Program-made: the position numbers and the translations under genes
Notes under the pieces: generated by a model
Seen by the model: only the letters and a program-made list of their open reading frames with translations
What the model was told of the DNA's origin: nothing
Database searches by the model: none
NCBI GenBank assembly: GCA_965367815.1
Contig: CBDUKN010000001.1
Location: 1 to 64,000 of the forward strand
DNA length: 64,000 nt
Source: an uncultured Thermoprotei archaeon
Lineage (GTDB): Archaea; Thermoproteota; Thermoprotei; Thermofilales; B15-G2
Direction: 5' to 3'
Part shown: in pieces, positions 21,302 through 30,452 of the stretch
Position numbering within the stretch: the first letter of the stretch is position 1
How the letters are laid out: each line of letters opens with the position of its first letter

Positions 21302-21333
21302 ATTTTATTAGAGTGAGTGGGAAAGAACTAAAC

Positions 21334-21504
21334 ATGAGCTGGATAAAACTCTATCTCAAAAACCTATTCTCAAACAAAAAATTCCTCTTCCTAATGTTAC
21401 TACTTGTAATAGTTCTGATAAATGCAGGACATGTGTTAGCCTTAAGTGACGAGCCTCAACCTCCACCTCATTCGGATCCTTCGCCTGAACCAGATCCAGC
21501 TTAG
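21334..21504 (+). CDS. Small secreted propeptide (signal peptide plus Pro/Asp-rich tail)
   Basis: MSWIKLYLKNLFSNKK (basic n-region), FLFLMLLLVIVLINAG (h-region), HVLA cleavage site, then LSDEPQPPPHSDPSPEPDPA. TATA about 24-31 nt upstream of the ATG (leaderless). Confidence 0.75.
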   Translation: MSWIKLYLKNLFSNKKFLFLMLLLVIVLINAGHVLALSDEPQPPPHSDPSPEPDPA

Positions 21505-21515
21505 GGTGTTAAGGA

Positions 21516-22514
21516 ATGATCTTAAAAAAGCTAAATCAGCGTACATGGCAAGTGATTAAATCTTTGTCGGATTCACTAAGCATTAGTGAAATTTCGAGAA
21601 AAACTGGCATACCTAAAACTACTGTATGGAGAATAATAAATGAAATACTTTCGTTAACTAGAGTGAGGTTTGTGGTCTCTAGCAGAGCATTAAGACTTAG
21701 ACCGTTAGTAGCTATTTTCGATAAAGGGCCCACACTTTTACCTGATTACACAATATCGTACAGGGAAATATTGGTTAGCGGAAGAAAAATGCATATGACA
21801 ATAGGTTTTGTTCCAGACGAATATATTTCAGAATATATCAATCTCTTTGACGAGGAACCATTATATGTATTTGAAAATGAAGAGAAATTCATATGGAAGC
21901 CAAATGTTGCTGAAAGAATGAAAGTATTATCATTTGAAAACGGAGAAATAAAAATAAATTACGATATATTAGAAAGAATTAAATCAAAAGCAGAAAAGAA
22001 AACTTCTTCAGGTATAGACCTTTATGACTTGTACATTATCAGATGGAAGGAGCACTTTGCTTTCACTTCTTTAACTGAGATTCAAGAAAAAATGTACAAA
22101 GAGAAAATAATAGCCTCAAGACAACTTCTATCATATCATTTCAGAAAACATGTACTACCTCTTTGGATTGGAAACACTGTTAAACTATATAGGCCTATGA
22201 GAGAATATCCGATACGAATGTTTGTATATGAATGCGACAATGCCGAAGAAGTAGCTTTTAAATTATCTCTTTTACCTTATGTATATACAATATATTTCTC
22301 GAGCAAAACAATATTCTTTACAGGACAACCCAGTTCTAAGGAAGTTTTCAATCTTTACGATAAAATATTGTCAGAATATAATCCAACTCCGCTATTATGC
22401 GAAGCTTATATTAAGCCTTCATTTTATAAATTCGTAATAAGATACAACGAGCTTTGGAATAAAAGTTGGAAGAAGCCTACAATAGCTTACAAGATAAAAG
22501 TGAAAGGTAAGTAA
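21516..22514 (+). CDS. Tandem HTH (Lrp/AsnC-like duplicated) transcriptional regulator
   Basis: HTH1 SISEISRKTGIPKTTVWRII; second unit IDLYDLYII...SLTEI...SRQLLSYHFRKHV; each followed by a RAM-like alpha/beta segment. Starts 11 bp after the peptide stop. Confidence 0.75.
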   Translation: MILKKLNQRTWQVIKSLSDSLSISEISRKTGIPKTTVWRIINEILSLTRVRFVVSSRALRLRPLVAIFDKGPTLLPDYTISYREILVSGRKMHMTIGFVPDEYISEYINLFDEEPLYVFENEEKFIWKPNVAERMKVLSFENGEIKINYDILERIKSKAEKKTSSGIDLYDLYIIRWKEHFAFTSLTEIQEKMYKEKIIASRQLLSYHFRKHVLPLWIGNTVKLYRPMREYPIRMFVYECDNAEEVAFKLSLLPYVYTIYFSSKTIFFTGQPSSKEVFNLYDKILSEYNPTPLLCEAYIKPSFYKFVIRYNELWNKSWKKPTIAYKIKVKGK

Positions 22515-22684
22515 TTTATTAACAATTTTATATAATTTTATTTTATAGTAAATTTTGAAGTATTTTTATATATTTTTAATAATATTGCATGTATTGAAAA
22601 TTATACTTTTAATAAAAAGTATTCTAATTAACAGCTATTAAAATACGATAAAAATGTCAATTAAATTTTCTTATTTAATTAGAA

Positions 22685-23743
22685 TTAGATAGTGTGTTTT
22701 ATTTCTTTTGGAGACTTTAGTTTTTCTACGGTTTTTGTTACTAGTCTTATTGTATTTTCTACGTCTTCTAGGTTTAGTAGGCAGCAGGGTGTGTGTATGT
22801 ATCTCACTGGAACTGATATAACGACTGAGGGTATTCCTTTTCTCGTTAAGTGAATTCTACCTGCATCAGTGCCACCAGCGTATGAAATCTGTATTTGATA
22901 CGGTATTTTTTCTTCTTCAGCTACCTTAACTATGAACTCGAAGAGTTTTCTTTGAGCTATCATTGTGGGGTCTATTAGTCTTATGGCAGGTCCCTTTCCT
23001 ACTCGTGTTATTACGTCGCTTTGAGGTACTTCGGGTGTATCTGCGGCTACTGTTCCTTCGAGAACTATTGCCAGTGAAGGGTTTATCGCGTATGCTGCTA
23101 CTCCTGCTCCACGTAGACCTACTTCTTCTTGAACAGTAAATACAGCGTAGATTGTTGGTACAGTTTCTTTAAGTCTTTTCAGTGTTTCTATTAGAACAAA
23201 GCACCCTACTCTGTCGTCGAAAGCTTTTCCTGTTACAATTTTAGGTGAAAATATTTGAAAATCTCTGTCAAAAACAGCTACGCAGCCTTCGCGTACACCC
23301 ATTTCTTTAGCTTCTTCAGCACTTCTCGCTCCAAAGTCTATATAGAGGTCTTTTATGGGAATAGCTTTACTTCTCTCTTCAGAACTTGTTATATGCGGGG
23401 GCTTAAAGCCTATTACTCCCCGTACAGGTTCTTTTTCAGTCAAAATTACTACTCTTTGGCCAGGCAGTATGCGAGGATCTATTCCTCCTAAGGCCATAAA
23501 TTTAGCGAACCCATTGTTGTCTATGAACCTTATAAGTAAACCTACTTCATCCATGTGTGCGGCTATCATTACTTTGAAGTCTTTTTCTTTACCATATTTT
23601 ACTGCTATAAGGTTTCCCAAATTATCTACGCTCAGCTCATCTACATAGTCTTTGATATATTTGGCTATTAGTTCTCTAACTTTATCCTCGAAGCCTGGCG
23701 GCCCAGGGACATTGCTTAACTCTTTAAGTATTTCTATATCCAC
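22685..23743 (-). CDS. M42 family aminopeptidase (TET-like)
   Basis: PGPPGFE, AAHMDEVG, KAFDDRVG, QEEVGLRGA, GGTDAG, RYIHT. Start GTG 23743. Confidence 0.95.
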   Translation of the reverse strand: MDIEILKELSNVPGPPGFEDKVRELIAKYIKDYVDELSVDNLGNLIAVKYGKEKDFKVMIAAHMDEVGLLIRFIDNNGFAKFMALGGIDPRILPGQRVVILTEKEPVRGVIGFKPPHITSSEERSKAIPIKDLYIDFGARSAEEAKEMGVREGCVAVFDRDFQIFSPKIVTGKAFDDRVGCFVLIETLKRLKETVPTIYAVFTVQEEVGLRGAGVAAYAINPSLAIVLEGTVAADTPEVPQSDVITRVGKGPAIRLIDPTMIAQRKLFEFIVKVAEEEKIPYQIQISYAGGTDAGRIHLTRKGIPSVVISVPVRYIHTPCCLLNLEDVENTIRLVTKTVEKLKSPKEIKHTI

Positions 23744-23838
23744 AGAAACTACTGTACTTATGTCAGAAATAAATAAATTGAGTTTCTTTAAGGAGACATA
23801 CACGTAATTATTATATATAGGATATTTGTCCTATTTAA

Positions 23839-24381
23839 GTGGTGAAGAAAAGTCTCAGAGTTTCGCTGATAGCAGTTCTTACAGCGCTAGGCATAGCATT
23901 CAGAGTATCTAAGAATGCTATTACACAAATTCAGTTCATAAATATTCCTCTAGCATTTACTATGGTTGGAGGCTATTTAGGAGGCCCGCTAGTTGGAGGC
24001 ACTGTAGGCCTATTTACTTTCATAATATCAGATTTCATTATTTTACCAGGTCCCTGGACAGTAGTCGACTCTCTATTAGCATTTATTATCGGCGTTTTCT
24101 GGGGAACTATACGTAAATTCATTTCAAGCAAACTACAAGTGTTCATTACAGCATTTTTCTCAGAGCTACTGTATGACATTGCTTCATCAATAGTTCTATA
24201 CATTGCTATAGGAATGGATGTGATGAAAGCTCTTGTTGTAGGTATTGTAGGACTATTTCTTCCTGTATGTGGAGGCTTTATTTTTGGTGTAGGGCCGATG
24301 ACTGAATTATCTACGGCTTTTCTTTCCTCACTAATAATTGTGCATTTAGAAAAGATAGGGGTGATACCTTATGAAAAGTAG
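23839..24381 (+). CDS. ECF transporter S component (CbrT-like)
   Basis: About 180 aa with 5-6 TM helices, SLIAVLTALGIAFR N-terminus and GPWT motif. Confidence 0.75.
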   Translation: MVKKSLRVSLIAVLTALGIAFRVSKNAITQIQFINIPLAFTMVGGYLGGPLVGGTVGLFTFIISDFIILPGPWTVVDSLLAFIIGVFWGTIRKFISSKLQVFITAFFSELLYDIASSIVLYIAIGMDVMKALVVGIVGLFLPVCGGFIFGVGPMTELSTAFLSSLIIVHLEKIGVIPYEK

Positions 24382-24832
24382 GTTCTTTAGTATTATTGTA
24401 GTAGTGCTACTAGTATGGGCACTAGCGGCATCTAGCCTGGCTGCCTACTATTGGCTAGAGTATTCTAAATACAAGAAGCTTTATGAGAGACTTAGCGTTA
24501 AAGTGATAGTCGTAAACGTAGGTATTGACTATGGCAACGGAACTGTAATATGGTATAACAACACAGTACTACCTGCAGGCAGCACTGTTCTATCTGCTTT
24601 AGTTCAAGTAGCAAAAGTAGAGTACAAGGTATTTCCTTTCGGAGCCTATATTATTTCAGTGAATGGAGTTTCAGAAAAAATACTTTCAAAGAAAGAGGGT
24701 TACTCGTGGATGTGGTACATATACGACAAGAAAAAAGGCAAAATGGTTCTAGGTCCTACTGCAGCAGACAAATACGAGTTGGCTAACGGCGATACTATCC
24801 TATGGAAATACGAACACTGGAGTTTCCCTTAA
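24371..24832 (+). CDS. DUF4430 (transcobalamin-like) membrane-anchored protein
   Basis: N-terminal TM, IDYGNGT, TVLSAL, GAYIISVNG, WMWY, AADKY..NGDTI. Confidence 0.85.
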   Translation: MKSRFFSIIVVVLLVWALAASSLAAYYWLEYSKYKKLYERLSVKVIVVNVGIDYGNGTVIWYNNTVLPAGSTVLSALVQVAKVEYKVFPFGAYIISVNGVSEKILSKKEGYSWMWYIYDKKKGKMVLGPTAADKYELANGDTILWKYEHWSFP

Positions 24833-24921
24833 CAGCACTTAAGTTTAGTTTATTTTTCTACCAATTTCTTTATTTAATGAAATTAAGTAGAAAGCCTTAA
24901 ATTCTACTTCGTTTAGATAAG

Positions 24922-25491
24922 TTGTTGAATCGAGAAGAGCTACTTCCAGTACTATTTACAATAAAATATTATGGAAGAGCAGGACGATACCAGCTATCAC
25001 GAATGCTGAATTTAGGAGAAGGAAAAGTCAGGAATATTCTAAGGCGATTAAGAGAACAAGGATTTATTGAAGTCAAACGAGGGGGGTCGAAGTTGACGAA
25101 AAAAGGTGAAGAATACCTAGATAATATTTTCAAGGGTCTCGGAATTAAGAAAATTGCTGTTTTGTATAACAAGGAAGAATACTTCAAGGATATGATAATA
25201 GTTTGTGCACACTTAAAGGCATATGAAGTAAAGAACGTAATTGATCTTAGAGATGAAGCCGTGAGAAATGGTGCCGAAGGAGCATTGATAGGTATAATTG
25301 TGGATGACAGTATTTTTCTTCCCCCTGATATAGGTTATCTTAAAGACTATTTTCCTCTTCTTGAAAAAAAGGTAAAAGAAGTTTTTGAAATTAAAGAGGG
25401 AGAAGTAGTTATAATAACTTTTTCAAAAAAATATAATAAAGCTTTAATTGGATGCTTAGCTGTTATTAAGAAGTTTTCAGAATTATCCTGA
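24922..25491 (+). CDS. Winged-helix regulator, DUF4443-like
   Basis: GRYQLSRMLNLGEGKVRNIL..GSKLTKKG; LRDEAVRNGAEGA. Confidence 0.75.
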   Translation: MLNREELLPVLFTIKYYGRAGRYQLSRMLNLGEGKVRNILRRLREQGFIEVKRGGSKLTKKGEEYLDNIFKGLGIKKIAVLYNKEEYFKDMIIVCAHLKAYEVKNVIDLRDEAVRNGAEGALIGIIVDDSIFLPPDIGYLKDYFPLLEKKVKEVFEIKEGEVVIITFSKKYNKALIGCLAVIKKFSELS

Positions 25492-26820
25492 AATATTTAG
25501 TTCTACTAGTAGGCGCCCTGTAATCAAGCTACCCTTCTTAGTTTTTTCTTTTGATGCTGCAACTATATTGCTGAAGACTTCTGCGAAGTTTCCTGAAACC
25601 ATTGCCTGCTTAACTGCAGGACCTAGTTCGCCTTTCTCTATTAAGTAGGCCTCGCCTAAAGCTACACTAAAGTCTCCTGTAACCATATTTGCCGTATGTG
25701 CACCAATAACTATTCTTACGTAAATGCCTTTAGTGACTTCAGCTAGGAGCTCGTCTAGCTTCTTTTCTTCAGTGAGCTGCACTATTATATTCGAGGGAGA
25801 TATTCCAGGTTCTCCTCTGAGTCCGCGGCTAGCGTGTCCAGTAGACTCTCTTCCTTCTCTCTGAGCTGTGTACAGATTATATAAGTATGTTTTTAGGACA
25901 CCGTTTTCAATTAGGGCGAGTTTTCTTGAGGCTACTCCTTCGCCATCAAATTTCCTAGAGGCATTTCCTTCGGGCAGCAGTGGATCGTCTATGATGGTGA
26001 GTTTCTCGTCAAATACTTTTTCTCCTATTTTGCCGGCTAGGAATGATCTTTTTTCTTGAACATTGTTAGCCGAAATTGCGTAGAATAGTATGAAGAAAAG
26101 TGATCCTATAGCTAAGGGGTCTAGGATTACGGGAAGCTTTTCTGTTTCTGCTTTGACTCCTTTAGCTTGCCGCAGAGCAAATTCTACAGCATTTTTGACT
26201 ACTTCGCTCATGTTTATTTTCTTGTAATCTCTCTCTACTTGATAGTCGTATGACGAGAACATTATACCCTTTTCTTCACATATGGCTTCTGCAGCGAAGT
26301 AGGCTGAAGTACTTTTTCCGTGGGCCTCGACACCTAGGCTGTTGACTATATAGGTTTCTCTCACTGATACAGACGAGTAAAAGTCTAGAGACGATAAGCG
26401 AGGGTCGTATTTAATGTACATGTCTCTTACTCCGATTAAGTCTTTCAGCATATCGTCTACTGTGACTTCAGCAGTATTCTTAGAGAAGAGGCCTTCTACT
26501 TCAGGGTATTTTTGGGGTGATGCGAATGATTTAAAGTAGGGGTCTTTTCCTCTTACTTTAGCTATTGAAATGGCTTTCTCTATGGTTTTCTCAATAGACT
26601 CCTCGTCTAGTCTAAGTGTGTAAGCTGAGCCTATTCCGCCACCGTAAATAACTCTAATGTTGACTCCCTGCTCGCGGGAAAGCACAGAGTACTTCGGCTC
26701 ATTTTTCTCAATATTTGCTGATTTTCTAGTGGAACTGACAGCAAATACTTCTGCTTGAGAAGCACCCTTCTTTTCAGCTAGCTTAACTATCTTATGTAAT
26801 AGGTCTAACATAATCATCAC
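25483..26820 (-). CDS. TldE/PmbA family protein
   Basis: AEVF, IVNSLG, FDGEG, STGHASR, GDFS; lacks HExxxH. Confidence 0.92.
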   Translation of the reverse strand: MMIMLDLLHKIVKLAEKKGASQAEVFAVSSTRKSANIEKNEPKYSVLSREQGVNIRVIYGGGIGSAYTLRLDEESIEKTIEKAISIAKVRGKDPYFKSFASPQKYPEVEGLFSKNTAEVTVDDMLKDLIGVRDMYIKYDPRLSSLDFYSSVSVRETYIVNSLGVEAHGKSTSAYFAAEAICEEKGIMFSSYDYQVERDYKKINMSEVVKNAVEFALRQAKGVKAETEKLPVILDPLAIGSLFFILFYAISANNVQEKRSFLAGKIGEKVFDEKLTIIDDPLLPEGNASRKFDGEGVASRKLALIENGVLKTYLYNLYTAQREGRESTGHASRGLRGEPGISPSNIIVQLTEEKKLDELLAEVTKGIYVRIVIGAHTANMVTGDFSVALGEAYLIEKGELGPAVKQAMVSGNFAEVFSNIVAASKEKTKKGSLITGRLLVELNISG

Positions 26821-28214
26821 CTCTTTCTACCTCCTACAACAATATCATGTATCCTTAAATAGGGTCCACCTGTTCCCGCCGGAACTCCTTGTCCTCCCTT
26901 GCCACATGTTCCAGGTCTTATGGAGAAGTCTTTACTTACAGCGTCTACTTTGCTTAGAACTTCGAGAGTAAATCCTGAAAGCGACACGTCTCTGAGAGGC
27001 TTCGTTATCTCACCTTTCTCTATCAAATACGCTTCTTGGGCATTAAACTGAAAAGTACCTTTAGCTGTGTCGACTTGTCCTCCTCTACTACCGCAGAGAA
27101 GAACTCCGTACTTTACTTCACTGACCATTTCTTCGAAACTCCAGTCTCCGGGAGCAATGTAAGTATTACTCATACGGACAATGGGCGGATGCATATAGTC
27201 TTGTGCTCTAGCACCGCCATTTGGCTCGAGGCCTAGTTTAGCTGCAGCTTCTCTGTTAGTAATGAATGATACTAAAACGCCTTTGTCTACTAAAATTTTC
27301 TTTTTAGCTTTTACTCCCTCGTCATCATACTCAAAGAATCCCCAGGAATCTTTTAAAGTAGGGTCATCGTATACAGTTACTAGCTCTGAGCCAACTTTTT
27401 CTCCAAGTTTGTCTTTAAGAATAGAGCCTCCTGCTAAAACAGTGTCTCCTTCACATGCATGGCCAAAGGCCTCATGTATGAATACTCCAGTGAGATCAGG
27501 ATCCGTAATTACTGTAAATCTGCCCAAGGGCGCTGGTTTAGCAGAGAGCATTGTTACGGCTTTTTCGACAACCATTTTAGTAAAGTTCTCTAGATCTAAC
27601 CTGTCTATGTACTCATAGCCGAGAGAAGCTCCTTCTCCTCTACGGTAAGACCCCAGCTTTCCTGCTTCAAATGCTACTGCTGAAAGCGATAAAACTGCTC
27701 TAGGGACTAAAGTCTTGACTAAAACTCCGTCAGAAGTGCAGGTAATGCGAAAGTCCAAGTAATCTCTTAGAGCTACAGTAGCATTAACTATTCTCTTATC
27801 TAGCTTCCGCATCATTTTACATGTCTTCATACACAGGTCTCGCTTATACTCTAGTTCTACGTCTATAGGACTTTTTGAAGGCTTTTTAAAAGCCTCAACT
27901 TTAACGCTCTCTACTTCAGCTAACTTAACTTTATCTTTCTTATATTCGCCGATAACTTTGGCGCTTCTAATACTTTCTTCAAGCATATTTTTAATATTAT
28001 CCCATTCTAAAGTAGCGCTAGAAAAGAAAGCGAAAGCACCGTTCGCTAGAACTCTTACCCCAATACCTTCTTCCTTTCTAATAACAATAGATTCTATTCT
28101 CTCGTTGGACACTGTAATAGAAGTAGAATACAAGTCTTGGTACCTCGCTTCTACGAACTCTGCTCCTAGCTTTAATCCTTCTTCAACAATTCTTTCCAAA
28201 AGATCCTCTACCAC
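26817..28214 (-). CDS. tldD: TldD metalloprotease
   Basis: HEAFGHACEGD, YDDEG, PIVRMSNTYI, GGQV, CGKGGQ motifs. Confidence 0.95.
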   Translation of the reverse strand: MVEDLLERIVEEGLKLGAEFVEARYQDLYSTSITVSNERIESIVIRKEEGIGVRVLANGAFAFFSSATLEWDNIKNMLEESIRSAKVIGEYKKDKVKLAEVESVKVEAFKKPSKSPIDVELEYKRDLCMKTCKMMRKLDKRIVNATVALRDYLDFRITCTSDGVLVKTLVPRAVLSLSAVAFEAGKLGSYRRGEGASLGYEYIDRLDLENFTKMVVEKAVTMLSAKPAPLGRFTVITDPDLTGVFIHEAFGHACEGDTVLAGGSILKDKLGEKVGSELVTVYDDPTLKDSWGFFEYDDEGVKAKKKILVDKGVLVSFITNREAAAKLGLEPNGGARAQDYMHPPIVRMSNTYIAPGDWSFEEMVSEVKYGVLLCGSRGGQVDTAKGTFQFNAQEAYLIEKGEITKPLRDVSLSGFTLEVLSKVDAVSKDFSIRPGTCGKGGQGVPAGTGGPYLRIHDIVVGGRKR

Positions 28215-28428
28215 GTAATTAACTAGTCTTAGTAAAACTATTAAACTCTAATTAAACTTAAGTCGCTAAACAAAGTAATGCTTTCTACAAGCTGTAAACT
28301 TTTAGGTTTGTCTTAGAGAATTTTGCTATTTACTTTATCTAGTTTCAATACTGGAAGTACTTTAGTCAAAAGAGTTTTTGAGTAATACAGTTTTATAAGA
28401 GTTTAACAGTATTTATTTTGGTGGAAAA

Positions 28429-28866
28429 GTGAGCGAAATAATAAAAATGATTAAAGAGGCTATAGGGAAGCTCGAAAAGAAAAAAGAAGAACTTACTGTT
28501 GTAGAAGAAGAGAAATTAAAGAGATTAAGTAAAGAGCTGGAAGAACTAAAGTCTATTCCTATGGAAAATACCCTTCAATCTAGAATAGCACCTACTGGTC
28601 GAGGAGCGGTATTTCAACTAAGAAAAGTTTTCTACGCGACCCTTAGCGACAAAGGCTACGATAGAGACTTAAGTGTAGCAGAATGGAAGAAAACCGTATC
28701 AAAGTTAATAGACTTTATGAACGAGAAAGGATTGTCCGAGATCCCCACGAAAATAATTATAGAATATGATGAAGTAGAAGAGAACGGTAAAAAATATATG
28801 AAGTTCAAGAGAGCCAGGATATTCTACTTTGAGCTAGCAGGATCTCATGTACTTGAATTCAAGTAG
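28429..28866 (+). CDS. Hypothetical protein, possible ThermoDBP/DUF2258-like nucleic-acid-binding protein with N-terminal coiled coil
   Basis: Glu/Lys heptad N-terminus; LRKVFYATL and KIIIEYDEVEENGK resemble DUF2258 segments (by eye). Confidence 0.4.
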   Translation: MSEIIKMIKEAIGKLEKKKEELTVVEEEKLKRLSKELEELKSIPMENTLQSRIAPTGRGAVFQLRKVFYATLSDKGYDRDLSVAEWKKTVSKLIDFMNEKGLSEIPTKIIIEYDEVEENGKKYMKFKRARIFYFELAGSHVLEFK

Positions 28867-28877
28867 ACTTCAAACAA

Positions 28878-29771
28878 TTATGTAGGAGTAAGCTTACCTT
28901 CTCTGATACTCAGTCTCTTTACTATACGTGTGTCTTTGTCGCCTTCAGGTATAGTTACTGCAACAATATCCACGTGCTTTTCCAAAGGTCCACGTGAAAT
29001 CTTGGGTACAAGTGTTTCCTGTACTTGAAAGACTCCGGCACTGTTATTCATTTCTATTCTCACTTCTATAGCTTTGTTTTCTCCTTCAACTATTTCAACG
29101 TTTTCAATAGAAAGCGCAGAAACTGTGTGTATGTTTATGTTACCTGTATCGAAAGCTAGTCTTCCTCTACCTTTAGTCATGTCTGTTCCGTCAGCTATAC
29201 CAACTAAAGCTGCCTCAATAGTTAAGTCTGGTATTTCTGCTCCGTGAGCGTAGATAGTGTGTAAGATATGTCCTCTAACCTCGTACATTACTTCGTGGTC
29301 ATTATATATTAGCGGAAGAAGTCTGTTAAGTATGGAGATAGCTAAGTAAACTGAGTGAAGAGGATGATCCTTGCGGTGCACTTGATTCCCTATATCATGT
29401 AGCAGTCCACCAGCCATCACTACTAAATGCGCATCGTCTTCGTCGCCTGCTTTTTCCTTCATAATATCGGGAAGAATTCCTGCTGAGAGGAGAAGGTCTA
29501 GCATCTTTAGAGCGTTAGCGGCAACTATTTTGGCGTGAACTTCGCCATGATCGTTATAGCCCAACTTCGCTACAGCAATATAGTCGGCCATATCCCAGCA
29601 CGCGTTTACTTCAGCGTCTTCTTTAAGCAGACACCATAGTTTATATGCCTTAGGGTACTTTTTAAGAGATATCTCTATTTCTCTTTCAGCTTTTCTCTGT
29701 AAGTCACTATATGAAGTCGGGACTTCGAGTTCGAAGCCCGAGCCAGTAGCAATTCTTTTAGTCGTCATCAA
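28878..29771 (-). CDS. HD-domain phosphohydrolase (COG3294-like)
   Basis: LGYNDHGEVH, LLHDIGN, HR..H, IADGTDMTKGRGR, NIHTVSA, SAGVFQV. Confidence 0.9.
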   Translation of the reverse strand: MMTTKRIATGSGFELEVPTSYSDLQRKAEREIEISLKKYPKAYKLWCLLKEDAEVNACWDMADYIAVAKLGYNDHGEVHAKIVAANALKMLDLLLSAGILPDIMKEKAGDEDDAHLVVMAGGLLHDIGNQVHRKDHPLHSVYLAISILNRLLPLIYNDHEVMYEVRGHILHTIYAHGAEIPDLTIEAALVGIADGTDMTKGRGRLAFDTGNINIHTVSALSIENVEIVEGENKAIEVRIEMNNSAGVFQVQETLVPKISRGPLEKHVDIVAVTIPEGDKDTRIVKRLSIREGKLTPT

Positions 29772-30393
29772 AATCTACCTCAAAATCAAAGTCAGCGTCA
29801 TAGTCTACTTCTCTCTTCTTCTCCATTGAGCTTAAGGCCGACTTAGCGTCGCTGACCATTGCATGATAAAGTCTAGGCCTCTGCATTCTATACAGATCAA
29901 GTATTCGCCTCAAAGAATATGCTTCAGGCTGAAGGTTTCTCACAGCTTGACAGTATACTCTGCCGCCTGGTGCAGCAACACTTCCTCTTATATCGTAGCT
30001 ATATATCTGACCCAAAATATAGCGATTAGGGTCATCTACTTCAACACGATCAGCAACTAGATGCCTTAGCTCCGCTGCAGCACCTTGACGCATACCAATT
30101 AGCCGCCTAGTCAAATAGCCCTGGCGACCAGCATAGGGATTAGTTTTAATTACTAGTGTATAGTCCTGCTTAAATATCAGTCCTTTCCGCGTTAAGCTGA
30201 GTGCGACTAAGCCCGCTTTATTCAAGTACATGTACGTAGTTATTATCGCTGATACTGCTAGCTCGTCGTGCTTTACTTTATTTCCCCCGCAGAGAGGCCT
30301 AAATCCACCTATACTTGCTCTTCGAGAGAAGAGCTCAGGATATAGGTAGACAAGACCTGCGGGCGATATAGATAGTCTTCTCATGTACCTCAA
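29758..30393 (-). CDS. Hypothetical protein (basic body, acidic/aromatic tail)
   Basis: 211-aa ORF with RBS and upstream TATA; overlaps the start of the HD gene. Confidence 0.65.
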   Translation of the reverse strand: MRYMRRLSISPAGLVYLYPELFSRRASIGGFRPLCGGNKVKHDELAVSAIITTYMYLNKAGLVALSLTRKGLIFKQDYTLVIKTNPYAGRQGYLTRRLIGMRQGAAAELRHLVADRVEVDDPNRYILGQIYSYDIRGSVAAPGGRVYCQAVRNLQPEAYSLRRILDLYRMQRPRLYHAMVSDAKSALSSMEKKREVDYDADFDFEVDFDDD

Positions 30394-30452
30394 TTACCAC
30401 GAGTAAAACTAGCCTAAGTATATAAACGTATGCTATGGCAAAAAAGTATTAA

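Noticed and set aside
25483-28214. TldD/E as the dedicated processing protease of the 21.3-kb peptide
   Set aside because: TldDE and M42 are widespread housekeeping peptidases, separated from the cassette by unrelated genes; proximity alone is not evidence.
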